From: Bugula neritina
Lineage: Eukaryota > Animalia > Bryozoa
Direction of reading: 5' to 3'
Length of the DNA: 64,000 bases
Assembly: GCA_964035545.1 (NCBI GenBank)
Contig: OZ037772.1
Coordinates: forward strand, 9,231,150-9,295,149
Shown: piece after piece, positions 11,501 through 23,803 of the stretch
Position numbering within the stretch: the first letter of the stretch is position 1
Layout: each line of letters starts with the position of its first letter
Translations under genes and position numbers: made by a program
The notes under the pieces: generated by a model
The model's database searches: none
What the model was told of the DNA's origin: nothing
What the model saw: only the letters and a program-made list of their open reading frames with translations

Positions 11501-14500
11501 CAAAACTAAGTTTAGTTTAAGTGATTTCACTAGCCGAAAGACCGTGAACTAGTTAAACTAGCTAGAAGATGGTAAACTAGTAACGCTAGAGAAAAGGAAA
11601 TGCACCAACTAGCGAACGAACTAGCCAATTACCATCAGATGTGCCCTACACATGACATGCATGGATGACTCAGAGATGATATACCAACGCAACCTGCTAT
11701 TACGTGCCATATGTGTGCTACTAATTTAATCGAACACTATTTCCACAACTTAACATTCAAAATGCTTTACCTCTCAATAGATACTATTGACAGAGTGACA
11801 ATAAAACATAACAGAAGTGTTTGCTAGAAGCTAATAGTAAATAAATGGTGATAACGTTTTTTGATAGTTGCTTGCAAAGAGAGGGGGCATATTATTGTTA
11901 CTTGTAGAAGCACAGCATTGACAGTTATGGTGTTATTCTATTTTTTCTATTACTTCTTTTATTTAAACCACACCTATAGTTATTTGCAGCTGTGAATAGT
12001 CAACCAAACTGAGTATAATTAATCAGAACATTCCAGAAGAAATGAGAAAATTTAATATAAAACTATAAGATGACTGACTAAGGAATTGGAAATGGAAGTT
12101 GAGTGAAATATGTAAATTAATTTACCATGTGTTAGCAACACAATAGGAAGGGGGACTAGGGTGAATAAAAACTATGATAAGAAGTCAATTTCAAGAAGTT
12201 CAAAGTTCAAAGACATATCATTGGCCAGTAGCCACTCCTAAAGTACTGTAATTATCTAAGATACAATCACTTGAGTTATGTTTATAACACATCAACATGA
12301 CCAACTCTACTGCAATCTCTCATCACTGCAATCACTGGGTCAAAAATACTTTAGCCTTAGGAACTTGCCAACATTTCTAATAAACAGTGTAACAAATAAG
12401 ACGCTACGTAACTGGTTCAGTAAAAATATGTGGTGCTCCACTTGGCCACAGCAGTGATAGGGGGTTCAACAGCTGCACATACATCTGTTTTTGTAGTTTC
12501 CAATTTCTTTAAACCATCTATAGTCTATAAGGAGAGTTACTGAGAACCACCCAGAGCTAAACTTCTAGCACTAAGGCTAAACTATAAAAGCAACATCTTC
12601 AAATCTTAAATAATCCATCAAGAGTGTCTGATTGTTGCTAGCTAGTCTAGTGTATTTGGAGTTGCCCCCTTCACGACTAGATCAACCCAATAGACCAGAG
12701 GAAGAGGATATGACAGAGAGGGAAAGGGATGGGACACGTACGACTACACCCCCAACTACACATAATCAGCAACTGGGAACTTAGCCTAGGAATGTCTTTT
12801 CCATTTAAAACACAGATCTAAACAAAAACTACTTTACCCAATCACCAGCGAGCTACAGAAACTCACCATGTTACAACTTCTTTGATTGGCTGAAATCAGC
12901 AAAATAGAGCTATTGCATAGTTCATTACATACAGCTAGAAGTAAATATTCTTCTCACCTAATAATAGTGCTCAACAACGTACTAGTAAAAGGTTTCACCA
13001 ACACTTATGTTCAAAGCATTAAAATATTGATTACTGGTTAGAATAAAATATTTACTTTAGCTAAAAAACTACAATAAAATCCGAAGAACTAGTTGAATCA
13101 ATATTGCTAAGCCTACAAGGTGTAGATCCTTAATTTAAATGTTTGTTCTATTTCTCAGAGTGGATAGACAACTCCTGTTACACACATTTTCCACGCTATA
13201 CAAAATAACAGGTCCACATCTACCTTCAAGAAACTCATTTCTCATCATAATAAACAGTCCCAGTGTTATCTGCAACGGATATACATGTAAAGATGTGATG
13301 AATTAGCATTAGTCAATACTATCAAATACATTATTTATCTATTAATAACCATTATTAGTGCTATTCACCTCATTGCTTTAGCTAGGAGTCTGGCTATAGC
13401 CACTGTACTCTAGTATATCATGTAGTCAGTATACTGTGACACTTAGTATACTGTGACATTTAGTATGCAACTTGTGACACACGGTCAGTATGCTGTGGCA
13501 CTTAGTATGCAACTTGTGACACATAGTCAGTATACTGTGACACTTGGTAAGCAACTTGTGACATAATATAGCGTAGTAGTGATAAAACATTTACCTGTTT
13601 TTCATACAAATTTCAGCCAGCCTAACAAAGATAACAAAACCCTACATAACATTACATAATAGGCACACATAGTTAGAAACTATACTGTGTGGAAAATGTA
13701 CGGCTTTGCAAACATTTTCAACTACATTTTCTCACAAAAAAGCTTTGGGGTTTATAAAAAATGGTTTCTCTAGACTGATGTATGATAACTCCTAATAATA
13801 AATTATCACTGCTACTCGTGATTTTTTGATATATACATCCTTTGATTTTTCTCATTAGATTACTTCAACATTAAATTGATGTCTGTTTTATAAAAAAGAA
13901 ACTATCACTACTCAATGATAAGTTAAAGAGATATTTGCCTTCTGAGAGTTGAAATAACAAACATCAAGTTATGGACAGATACAAAACATGGCAGGGAGAA
14001 TGGGTAACATCCACTATATTGTCTATAGCCACTAGATTAGAGGACACAACTCCTACGCACTAGTAATGTACTACACTATCCATTCAACAAGTAAACTGCA
14101 ACAGATATTATAAATTAGACTTTCAAAAAGCCTTCCTTGGAAGAATTATATACTGTAAGCCAGAAAACCTGCCAGTGAAAAGAAGCATCTCTAAGGGCTG
14201 TGAAACACCGAGGAATTATTTAGTAAATTATAAAGCAATCACAAACAATGCTAGTTATAATATACCAAACTCCTAAAAATATTAAAAATAAGTCAAAATA
14301 ATAAATATATACAACTTTAAACTGGGAGTAATAACTCATTTTCATATTATATTTACTTTAAATCCAATCCACATGAGTTTTTCTGATTTTTTTGCTACGC
14401 AGATGGCTAAGTTTTTCAGCATAATCAAATGTAGAGCACAAACCCAACAGTAAACTTGGGTTTCTAATAAAAATAAACTTCGCACTCAAATACAGTAAGC

Positions 14501-16389
14501 TAAAGGTAACCATTTTTAAATCACTCATTACTCTGAGAACAAAATAAACTTGCAAACAAACAAATAAAGCAGTGAATCTAACAAACAAAATGTATTACAA
14601 AAAATATATTAAAAGTGTAATTAAAGAGACAAACCTTTTGGTCATAATGTAAAATGGCTGCTGTGGAAATAAAATTAGATACGAATTTATCAAAACTCAG
14701 TTGAATCTGAAGTCACAGTAAAGAAAATCATTTTAATTCATGACCAAAAGTTTGACCATTCTAACGCGTATTATAACACGCTTCTTGTAATAGGTTATAT
14801 TGCGAAAAGCAAAACTATAAGAAACTTGCTGCCTTGTTGACTAGAAATGTACGTAAAAGCAAGACTCAACAGCAACTGTTTTCACAAGAAAGCTAAGGAC
14901 AGACAACTACCACAGAGATCCAAACACCACCACGACAAAGCTATGGAAACCCCGCAATCATGGTAAGCAAGCATAGTAAAACAACTCCGACTACCTCTAA
15001 GTAGATAACTATTCGACATTTAGAAGCCATTTTGAAATCTCTCAAATACTCGCACAAGACAAGATTTGCTCTAACAATACACGGAATAAAAAGCTCAGCA
15101 GGTGTTAGTGACAGAAAGTGTGCGGGAGTTAACATAGCTTAGAATTGGTTACATAAAGTCGCTTAGCCAGCAAACTTAGCTACTGCTAGATTAAGGTTAA
15201 GGGTGGGATAAAGCTTAAAGTACCCAGTTAAGGTTATTAGGCAATAAAAGTCAGGAAAGAATATTATAGAAAACAATGTTGTCCTATAATGAACTCACAC
15301 AAGTAAATTAACTTGCATCGTGAGTTTATTATAGTAAATAATAAAAAGTTCAAGAATTGTCTTCCCCAGGATAGACTGAGTTTCTACGGCAACCTACCTT
15401 GGGAGCAGTTGCAGGCGTAGCTGCCTATCGTATCCACACATAGCCCTGAATTCTCACACAAGTCTGCAGTTATATTACATTCATTGATATTCATTTCACA
15501 TTGATCGCCAATAAACCCTGCAAGGTGAAGGTGAAACTACAGTTCAAGGTTATGGAGGTCAAGGTGAACTAAAGGTCAAAGCACAGTTATCAAATAATAT
15601 GATGAGCTGAACACATGCTGGTTAGACAGAGAGAGTAAAAGAAGGCTATTGGCACTGCGGTTTTTGCTTGAGTTTTCCCACAAGAAAAAAGCGCATAACT
15701 CCTTAAAAATTTACAACACGGTAGAAAATAAACAAAAACCGCAGGCTATTAGCAGAGAACTTATTCAAAAATAAAGCCAACTCAAGGAAACAGAGAATAA
15801 AATAGACATGCTTAAGTTCAAGTTAAAAGTAATAAACAGGCAGAGTCCGAGACCGAAAATCAAATAAAGTTCATTCGTTACTGAAACCAAATCAACGATC
15901 CGAGTTGTATGCGAGTTACCTGCTTCTTTTCAACTATCAACTACAACAGCGCAGAGAGTGACAATTCCCAACTAGACAGAGCCAACACCAGTAAACTACA
16001 CGGCACTTTGCTAGAATACAAGTGGGAGAAGATGGGATTGATGGAACTGAACCTTTAGCAAGGATATTGTGAAGCGACGTCAAAAACTAACTTCTGGAAT
16101 GAAAGTTTATGAGGTGCAAAACAATTTCAAATTGCGTTGACATCAGAGATGGGTCGCAGGTAAAAGTATGTTACAGGATATTGCATACCTGTGCCAGTGC
16201 AGTTACAAGTAAAACCACCTTCTAGCTCGGTGCAGTTGCCTCCATTCTGGCAGGAGTCGGGTTGAGAACATTCTAGAATATCTTCAGAACAAACTGTAAC
16301 ATCAGAGACATGTTTATTGGTGACAGAGAGTCAGTAGAATGTCAGCATAGCTAAAGTACTACTGCTCCTGCTACTACTACTACTACTAG

Positions 16390-16421
<32 letters not shown>

Positions 16422-19400
16422 GTACTACCACCAGTACTACTACTACTACTACCACTACTACTACCACCACCACTACCGCTGCTACTACTACCGCTGCTAC
16501 TACTACCGCTACTACTACTACTACTGCTACTACTACTGCTATTACTACTACTACTACCACTACCACTGCCACTACTGCTACTGCTACTACTAACTACTAC
16601 TACTACTACTACTACTGCTACTATTACTGCTACTACTATCACCACTACTACTACTACTACCACTAGTACTACTACTACTACTACTATCACTACTACTACT
16701 ACTAGTACTACTACTACTACTAGTACTACCACTAGTACTGCTACTCCTGCTACTACTGTTGCTACCGCATTCACTCACTATCTCCTGTCCAGAATTCTGT
16801 ACATTGACACGTGAAGCTGCCGTTAGTGTTGGTACAATTTCCGTCATTTTCACAGATGTCAAGGTCACACTCATTGATGTCCACATTGCATGTGCTGTTG
16901 TCTGCCCAGCCTAAAGTAACAAACAGAAGAGACATCATTGTGAACTGCAGGAAAGACAAGCATATACAAAGTATTCTATTAGTAGATGTGAAAAAGGAGA
17001 CAACCCTAGTGCATACAATATAACCCTTAAAGTAGGTTAAACAATTACACATAAAATGCACATTGATACATGGACTGCATTACAATATAGCATACATTGT
17101 ACAGTTAAACTTATAGATATAATATTTACAAAATAATTATTACATTAAAAATATTCAAATATAGACTGAAAACAAAAATATCAATTGACCATACCTTCAT
17201 CGCACACACAGGTGTATTCTAGCGTACCATTCACCCTAGTCTGAGAGCAGTTACCATGGATACAGGGACCATCAACACACGGCCCCTTCTCTTCACATCG
17301 AACCCCTACAAGACACAATCAACCAATCAGAAGTTAGCATGCATTCTGCAAATGCTAACAATCAATGAGACACTATCTAGGGAACAGCCGCGATCTAGGA
17401 GTTAGAGCGTTTGCTTAGGAAACACGAAGTCATGGCCCGGACAAAGACCATTGGTGATGTTAGGAAGAGCATCCAGTCATAATTGCTCCTGTGCCTCATC
17501 TAAATAATTCCTTAGCCCGATTTAATAAAAACCCTTTCCACCAGTTCTCACAGGGATAGTGACTATAAACTTGTTTGAGTTTTTTTATAAGACACCATCT
17601 AACTTCTACACTGGCCTATCAAATCTGTGACTGACCTTCATAAAACTCGTAGCACTCGCAGGACCAGTGAGTAGAGTTGGCGCTGCACACACCACTGTTA
17701 CTACACAGACCATCGGAGCAGGTCGGGGCGGTACAATTAGCCCCCTCAAATCCGTCTGAACAGTTGCATTTGTAGTCTCCTTCCAGCTCTGTGCAGTTCA
17801 TAGTATTCTCTGCCATGCAGAAGTCCAACTCACATTCCTTTACATCCTGAAACATGAGACAACAACTCCAAGTGACATTTCGCTGCATGTAATGGTTTGT
17901 GAAATACCTAGTGTGACGGAGATGTGACAAAAATGTGACCGCTAACAAATAACAAATGAATTACTGGCCGAGCAACATTACGTAATAGCGCAAAGTTTAA
18001 CTTTTGTATCTAAAATGTGAAATATTATTAAAAACAAAGTCACAAATAATTGAAAACATTTGAATATAAACAATGTACAACAGTTTTATTATTAACTAGA
18101 AAAAGTGGAGCTAGACAAGACATAAATTATTACAGAAAATTAAAAGCTAAATTTATTCAACATTAACAGAAGAAAATGTGAAAATATGGTTAAGATACTT
18201 GTAACATAACATCAGCTACTGGTTAAATTATTCGGTTGTGAAGTAAGCCTGAGGTACTCACCACATCACAGGTGGGGCCGGTCCAGCCCGCCCCGCACTC
18301 GCACTCAAACATGTTTATCTGGTCGAGACATGTGCCACCATTTTGGCACGGAGAAATTTCACACTCATCTTGTTCAATGGCACAAGTTGGTCCAGTATAT
18401 CCTGTGTGATACACTTACAGTAGTATATACTGTGTAATACACTTACAACAGTAATATACCTACACTCACAGTATTATATACTTACACTTACAGTAGTATA
18501 TCCTGTGTGATACACTTACAGTAGTATATACTTACACTTACAGAAGATTGCATACACATATTTACTTTGAACCTGCAACTTTCTTAGAATACTAAAATAT
18601 TTTAGGAGTAATCTTCTCTTTAATGTTCTTGCTACTGGGAACTTCCATCACTCAACAAACATACACATAGGCTGCCATATGCACAAGCTGCAAACTACAG
18701 CAAACTTAGCTCTATTTCCTTTAATATCAAGACCTACAATTTCAACTAGAATAAAGCAATCCATATTCCTTATATTTAAATTTTCACATTTGACAACTTT
18801 GGTAACCTTCCAAATATTTAGCCTCCTAACACGCATTCCTATCCTATTATTGAAAAGAAAGCCTCAGTTCTAAGACACCAACCTCCATTGCAGTGGCAGT
18901 ACTGTTCAGGCATCCCATTTTGACATTGGACCCTGGAGGTACTGGTATTGGCGGTACAAATGTCGTTGACAGGCAAAGTTGATACGTCAACCCACTAGAA
19001 ATAGTGATAAATCTAGTGAATTACAGTAGGTTTGTTATTGAAAAGGACAGTGCAGTAATTATTGCACTGTGATTGTCCAGTGCTACAGGAGACCAATCAG
19101 ATTAACTTTCTCTCCCCCTGTTACCTCACCACCCCCCCCCCTTTCTCCTGTCACATCCACCCACTTGTAAATAAAAATTCTAAAATGTAGAAATATACAA
19201 ACATTATTTAGAATGGATTTCAGGGAGCAGCAGGTTAGAGTTTTTGCTTAGTAAACACAAAGTGATGGGTTTGAACCCCAGTAAAGGTCTTTGGTGATGT
19301 TAGGAAGAGTATCCAGTCATAGTTGCTCCAGTACCTCATCTGAATAAGTATTTAGCCGTTTTAACAAAAACCCTTCTATCAGGGGTTTCTCAAAGGGATG

Positions 19401-22400
19401 GTGACTATAAATGAGTTTTTTTAGGAAAGATTTTATTTTATACAATGCAGATTTACTTTCCCATATCAACAAGATTAGCTCTGGCACACAAACCTATAAT
19501 AGATATCCCATACATTTCCAATGACGAAAAAATGCCGAGTGTCACAATATAAATGATAATTAAGATAGCCAAACCCAAATTTTGAAATAAAACGCATAAT
19601 TCTGTAACATATTATCAAGTGTTATAAATGACTGTATTCTTAATTTATTGCATAAACCTATGACAATGTCATTTTGACTTGGCATGGTGGAACAGGTGCT
19701 GTCACATTTCACATGCTCACACTTCACCAGGAATGACGACAGGTTGGGAGGGCGTGAACTTGCTAGGAGGGAAGGAACTGTACATTGCAAATTGTAAAAC
19801 TTTTTGCTTTTCATTTCAATTGAAAATTTTTTTGCTGGGATATGCATATACAGTGCTCCCTCCCTATCTCACTAAGCTACGGGTCCCGAAACTGCAATTT
19901 CTCACACAGATTTACTTTTTGGAAATTTTGACCAGAAATATTCAAATTTTCTCTAATACATAATATTTACGACAAACGGAAATCCTTCAAATTTATAGAA
20001 AAAAAAATTGTTGGTTAAAAATTTAGAGGCGCTAGGAAACCTTTGAGTTTGAAACTTGAATTGTAATAATTCACAAATGCATGTGATCAATAAGATTACA
20101 TAATATAGAAGAGCAAAGTCTAGTATTTATATTGCAACAGCTTGGCGACATCTTTTCATTTTTCTCTCCGGTAAAATCAATTTTAAAAACATAAAATGTT
20201 AAGAAAATCTCAAGTTTTCCAATGGCATTAAAGCGTTGTTCCTTCACATTGAAGCTAATCATTACGATAAGGCTGCACATCCACCCTGACACCAGCCCAT
20301 GTTCTCAAGAAATCAGCTAAACCTTTTTTACCCAAGGCTAAGGTACACCTGCACCCACCTGCAAAGTAATACTGACTACTCACCTCAGAGCAAGTGGTAC
20401 CATTATAGCACGGTTTACATTGGCACGTGATATTACCGGTAAGGGTGTCATTCAGACACGTCCCCTGATTTGAGCAGTTGGTAGAATCACAGGCTAAATA
20501 TTGACACCGGTCTCCAGAGGCACCTGCATGAATTACAAAGCATGGTGTAGATGTGCAGAGTTATATTCCAGGTAAAAGCACAGGTGTTTCTCTAGATTTC
20601 TAGAATATTACATCCTATTTACTGCAAACTAGTCTCTGAGAATATATTTCCTAATAGATTGCGTATTCAAAAGTAGCGTATAGAGAGAACCCAGGAAATT
20701 TTGAGGGATAAAATTGCCCACATGGGGACTGATTTTGAAGTTGCATTCTCTCTTACATATAGCGAAAAAATAGTCACGAGTTTCTTATGCGTGTCATGTG
20801 AAGTAGATAGAAGTGTAAAAAAATTTCTAGTAGCTAGTAGCAAGTAACCAGAATGATTAAAGAGCACTTCACTGCTTCACTTTATAGCATTTGCAGGCTT
20901 ATGCTGTTGAAGAAGAATTTTTTTTCAATAAAACTTCCGTTTAAAGTCAAGTTTAAAAAAAAACGAAATTCACAGTTGCATAAAAACTAAGTTTAAATTG
21001 CATTGAAGCATAAAAAAACATCACTGGACAGTGAAATTTCCAAGTAGTTAAGAATATTGTTGGGTAGGCTTATTGATGTTAGCATAGATACTGTAAGAAT
21101 TATAGTATATATAGTATAGAGCAGGGGTGTCCAACCTTTTCCGAGTGAGGGCCACTGAAAAGGAATATTTCATACTTTAGCTTGAGCTGGGGGGGGGGGG
21201 GCACAACATCAGTAATTTCAAATACTTTATTACAAATTCTTATGAATTATTGCACAATAAAGTCCAAATAGTTATGCTGTTTTGTAATATGTGTAATAAA
21301 TACGACATATAAGAGGTTTCTTTTACTTTAATTCATATAAGGTGTGAACAAAAATTTTATACGGCGTGCCTTTGAGGGCCACATAAATGTAGGCTGGGGG
21401 GCCAAATCTGGGGCTGCCTGTTGGACAGCCCTGGTATAGAGGGTAGTGAAGACTATCAAACTACTGTAAGATTTTTAGGACTGAATTAGAACTAGTATAT
21501 CATATACCAGGAAATAATGCCATTCAAGTGTAATCTCATTCACCCAAACCATTTAGCCAGAAAATTCATAGTCATAGCAAACTGTAAATAAGAAAGTAAA
21601 AACAACTAAGCTGCATGGGAGCAATGCCGTAAAAATCAGATGTCTAGTAAAGAAAACTTTGAAAGCCAATCTGCCAGTCTATAAAATCTTGTTTAAACCC
21701 GACATCATGTTTTTTATACTACCATAGCTTAGTTACAGTACATCAACTCTTAACAGGGGTATTTTACAGTACTGCAAGAATTAGATTTCTTCACCACAAA
21801 TAGTAAACATACAAACCCTTACCATTGCTACAAGTGCAATTCACCCCTTTGGTATCCACCACTTCACATGTGCCATTATTTAAACAATAATCAGTAACAT
21901 CTGTACAGCTGGCATTCAACTGTAAACCAAACAATTATATTATAATATTTATTATACAACAATTGTATTATTATTATGTATATCAAAATATATTCATTGC
22001 TATATCAAATATATATTATTTTATCATAATATTTCAGTTACATTGTATTAATTATATGTATTTAATATATAATAGTAGTATTATAATATATTAACTTTAT
22101 TTAATGTGTAATGATATATAATAATTTTATTACAACCATTTTATTATAACATATTAATTATATAAGAAATATTACAATACGGTATATATTATACATTCTA
22201 TAAGATAGTCATGTAGCAAATCATATGCATGACGTGATACATAACATATACTGTATACACCATGAAAGGGCCCGTGCAGAGCATAGCACATTCCACACAT
22301 TCCTTAACATGCAACTTTTCAGGTAAAATATACATTGATGTATTCTAGTTGGCTGATTGATTAAAACAATGACTGGGCCCAACTTGTGCAAAGATAAGGC

Positions 22401-23803
22401 AAGAACTACAAGAGCTAAGACAGTATGGAATAATAATGTAAATGACGCCAAAACACAAAAGCTGCCAAAACAGAAATGGGTCATTTACATAAAATCACAA
22501 TTGTCTGTATAGATACTGTAGAATCACCAGTTATTATAGTTACATAATATATTCCTAGCAGTGATAAGCTATAAGGTGTTAAAACCAGCGGGTTGAAGAG
22601 GTCAAAAGTAGTTGAAGGTTTCAAAAGTTGAGCGATTGTTGGAGCCAGAAGTTTATAAATGATTTGGAGAGTTCAGGTTTTGGCCAAGTCAATCGAATTG
22701 TATTGCATGTTGCTTTTTCAACAAATTGAATATGATTGATTGAATGCAAAGTGACTCATCTTGACTATTTACAAAGCAAGGGTGTCCAGTTTCAAAACAT
22801 GTGACAATATTTTGATTAAATAGATCAAACACACAGCCATTAGGCATTAAATTGTAAAAAATCAATTTTTATAAACCTAATCATTACGAAAACACAAAAA
22901 CTATTCTACAGTTATATAATATGCACTGGACAGTTGAAATAAATTATATAGAAAACTAACCTGACGCTCACAATTTTCATATAATGATGAGCAGATGCAA
23001 GTGAGGGTGGTAGAATTACACGCCCCGCCTATGCACATCTTTGTACCACACTCTATAGACTGTGCACTGTAACATATACACAGAAGATTTAACATAAATG
23101 GATACCCATTTAGGAGCAGCAGTGGAGATTGAGATAGCCTAAGTTCTTTAATTCTAATATAAAACTTTAGTTTGGGGCGTGGGTTGAAATTCTTGCACAA
23201 CTTCTTTTGCTACATTTTTAATTTAGAACACAGACTTTTCTCAATTTCTCCATTACTGCACCCACTGCTGGGCACCTATCACCTAGGCGTCAACATCTCA
23301 ATAAAACACCATCAATTTTACTCTGAAGAACAATTGTTGAGAATCACAGCTATAAATATGTTCAAACATCATAAAATCCTTAGAATTGTTAGCATAGCCT
23401 GAAAACCACACTAAAGTATGGGTAGAGACTGTCACCTCACCCCCCCCCCCATGAATTGAAAAGGTGCTCAACTAAATGAATCACGAGTTTTGTTCACAAA
23501 AGAATGTGGAATCACATACCATTGACCTGAATTAGCTGATAGACATTGGCCTTTTATCAATACTAAAAACCAACAGCAGTTTCACTGTGAAGATAAACCA
23601 AACTACTGTATCCCATGCTAACCTAATTAAATATTCATAACACTGTCATCTACATACAGAGAAGTCCCAGTAGAGATGAGAATTGTTTATTGAGTAAACA
23701 ACATACCAACTCACCTGTATATGCATAAGGAGAATAATATGATTGAGGAAGATAAGCTAAGTATATATGATTGGGTATAACATCTCCTAGTCCTGGATGC
23801 CAT
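5506..23803 (-). CDS. crb: Crumbs-family protein (about 617 aa): signal peptide, about 13 EGF/cbEGF repeats, TM, 37-aa cytoplasmic tail ending ERLI
   Basis: Exons 23803-23715, 23066-22961, 21919-21823, 20523-20384, 18994-18883, 18401-18262, 17846-17636, 17305-17195, 16910-16779, 16293-16189, 15517-15398, 7925-7788, 7115-6975, 6447-6376, 5645-5506; all GT-AG and phase-consistent (1854 nt). Tail [37 protein letters not shown] matches the Crumbs FERM-binding (GxYxPxxxE) and PDZ-binding (ERLI) motifs. Confidence 0.92.
5637..5901. repeat. 21-bp minisatellite (13 copies) spanning the acceptor of the last Crumbs exon
   Basis: Unit ACTACGCCTACAATAGATATT; on the minus strand each unit contains TTGTAG|GC. 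Confidence 0.95.
7216..7417 (+). mobile_element. tRNA-derived SINE copy
   Basis: A-box-like TAGTCTAGGAG, B box GTTCGAACCC, core CATTGGTGATGTTAGGAAGAGCATCCAGTCATAATTGCTCCTGTGCC, tail GGGATGGTGACTATAAAC; the family recurs about 13 times in the window. Confidence 0.85.
7920..8118. repeat. 30/31-bp minisatellite (about 6-7 copies) spanning the acceptor of Crumbs exon 12
   Basis: Unit approximately ATAATCTATAAATAGACACAGTAGTCCGAT; the first copy contains the real junction. Confidence 0.85.
9236..10163. repeat. Compound 21-bp (9+12) minisatellite in Crumbs intron 11
   Basis: Unit GTGACTACT-GTGACTATCTAA, about 40 copies; produces the spurious DYLSDYC and SHSSHLD ORFs. Confidence 0.95.
16357..16770. 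repeat. (ACT/TAG)n microsatellite filling most of Crumbs intron 9
   Basis: Long imperfect trinucleotide run starting just after the exon-9 donor. Confidence 0.95.
17380..17580 (+). mobile_element. Same SINE family
   Basis: Head, core and tail present. Confidence 0.85.
19223..19415 (+). mobile_element. Same SINE family
   Basis: Head, core and tail present. Confidence 0.85.
21122..21433. mobile_element. hAT-type non-autonomous element (MITE), 312 bp
   Basis: TIRs CAGGGGTGTCCAAC / GTTGGACAGCCCTG and a perfect 8-bp TSD GTATAGAG (21114-21121 and 21434-21441). Confidence 0.88.

Noticed and set aside
12862-12895. 23-nt micro-exon with a consensus donor in Crumbs intron 11
   Set aside because: It does not preserve frame and no compatible partner exon was found.
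16331-16886. Poly-Val and poly-Ser ORFs
   Set aside because: Translations of the intronic (ACT)n microsatellite.
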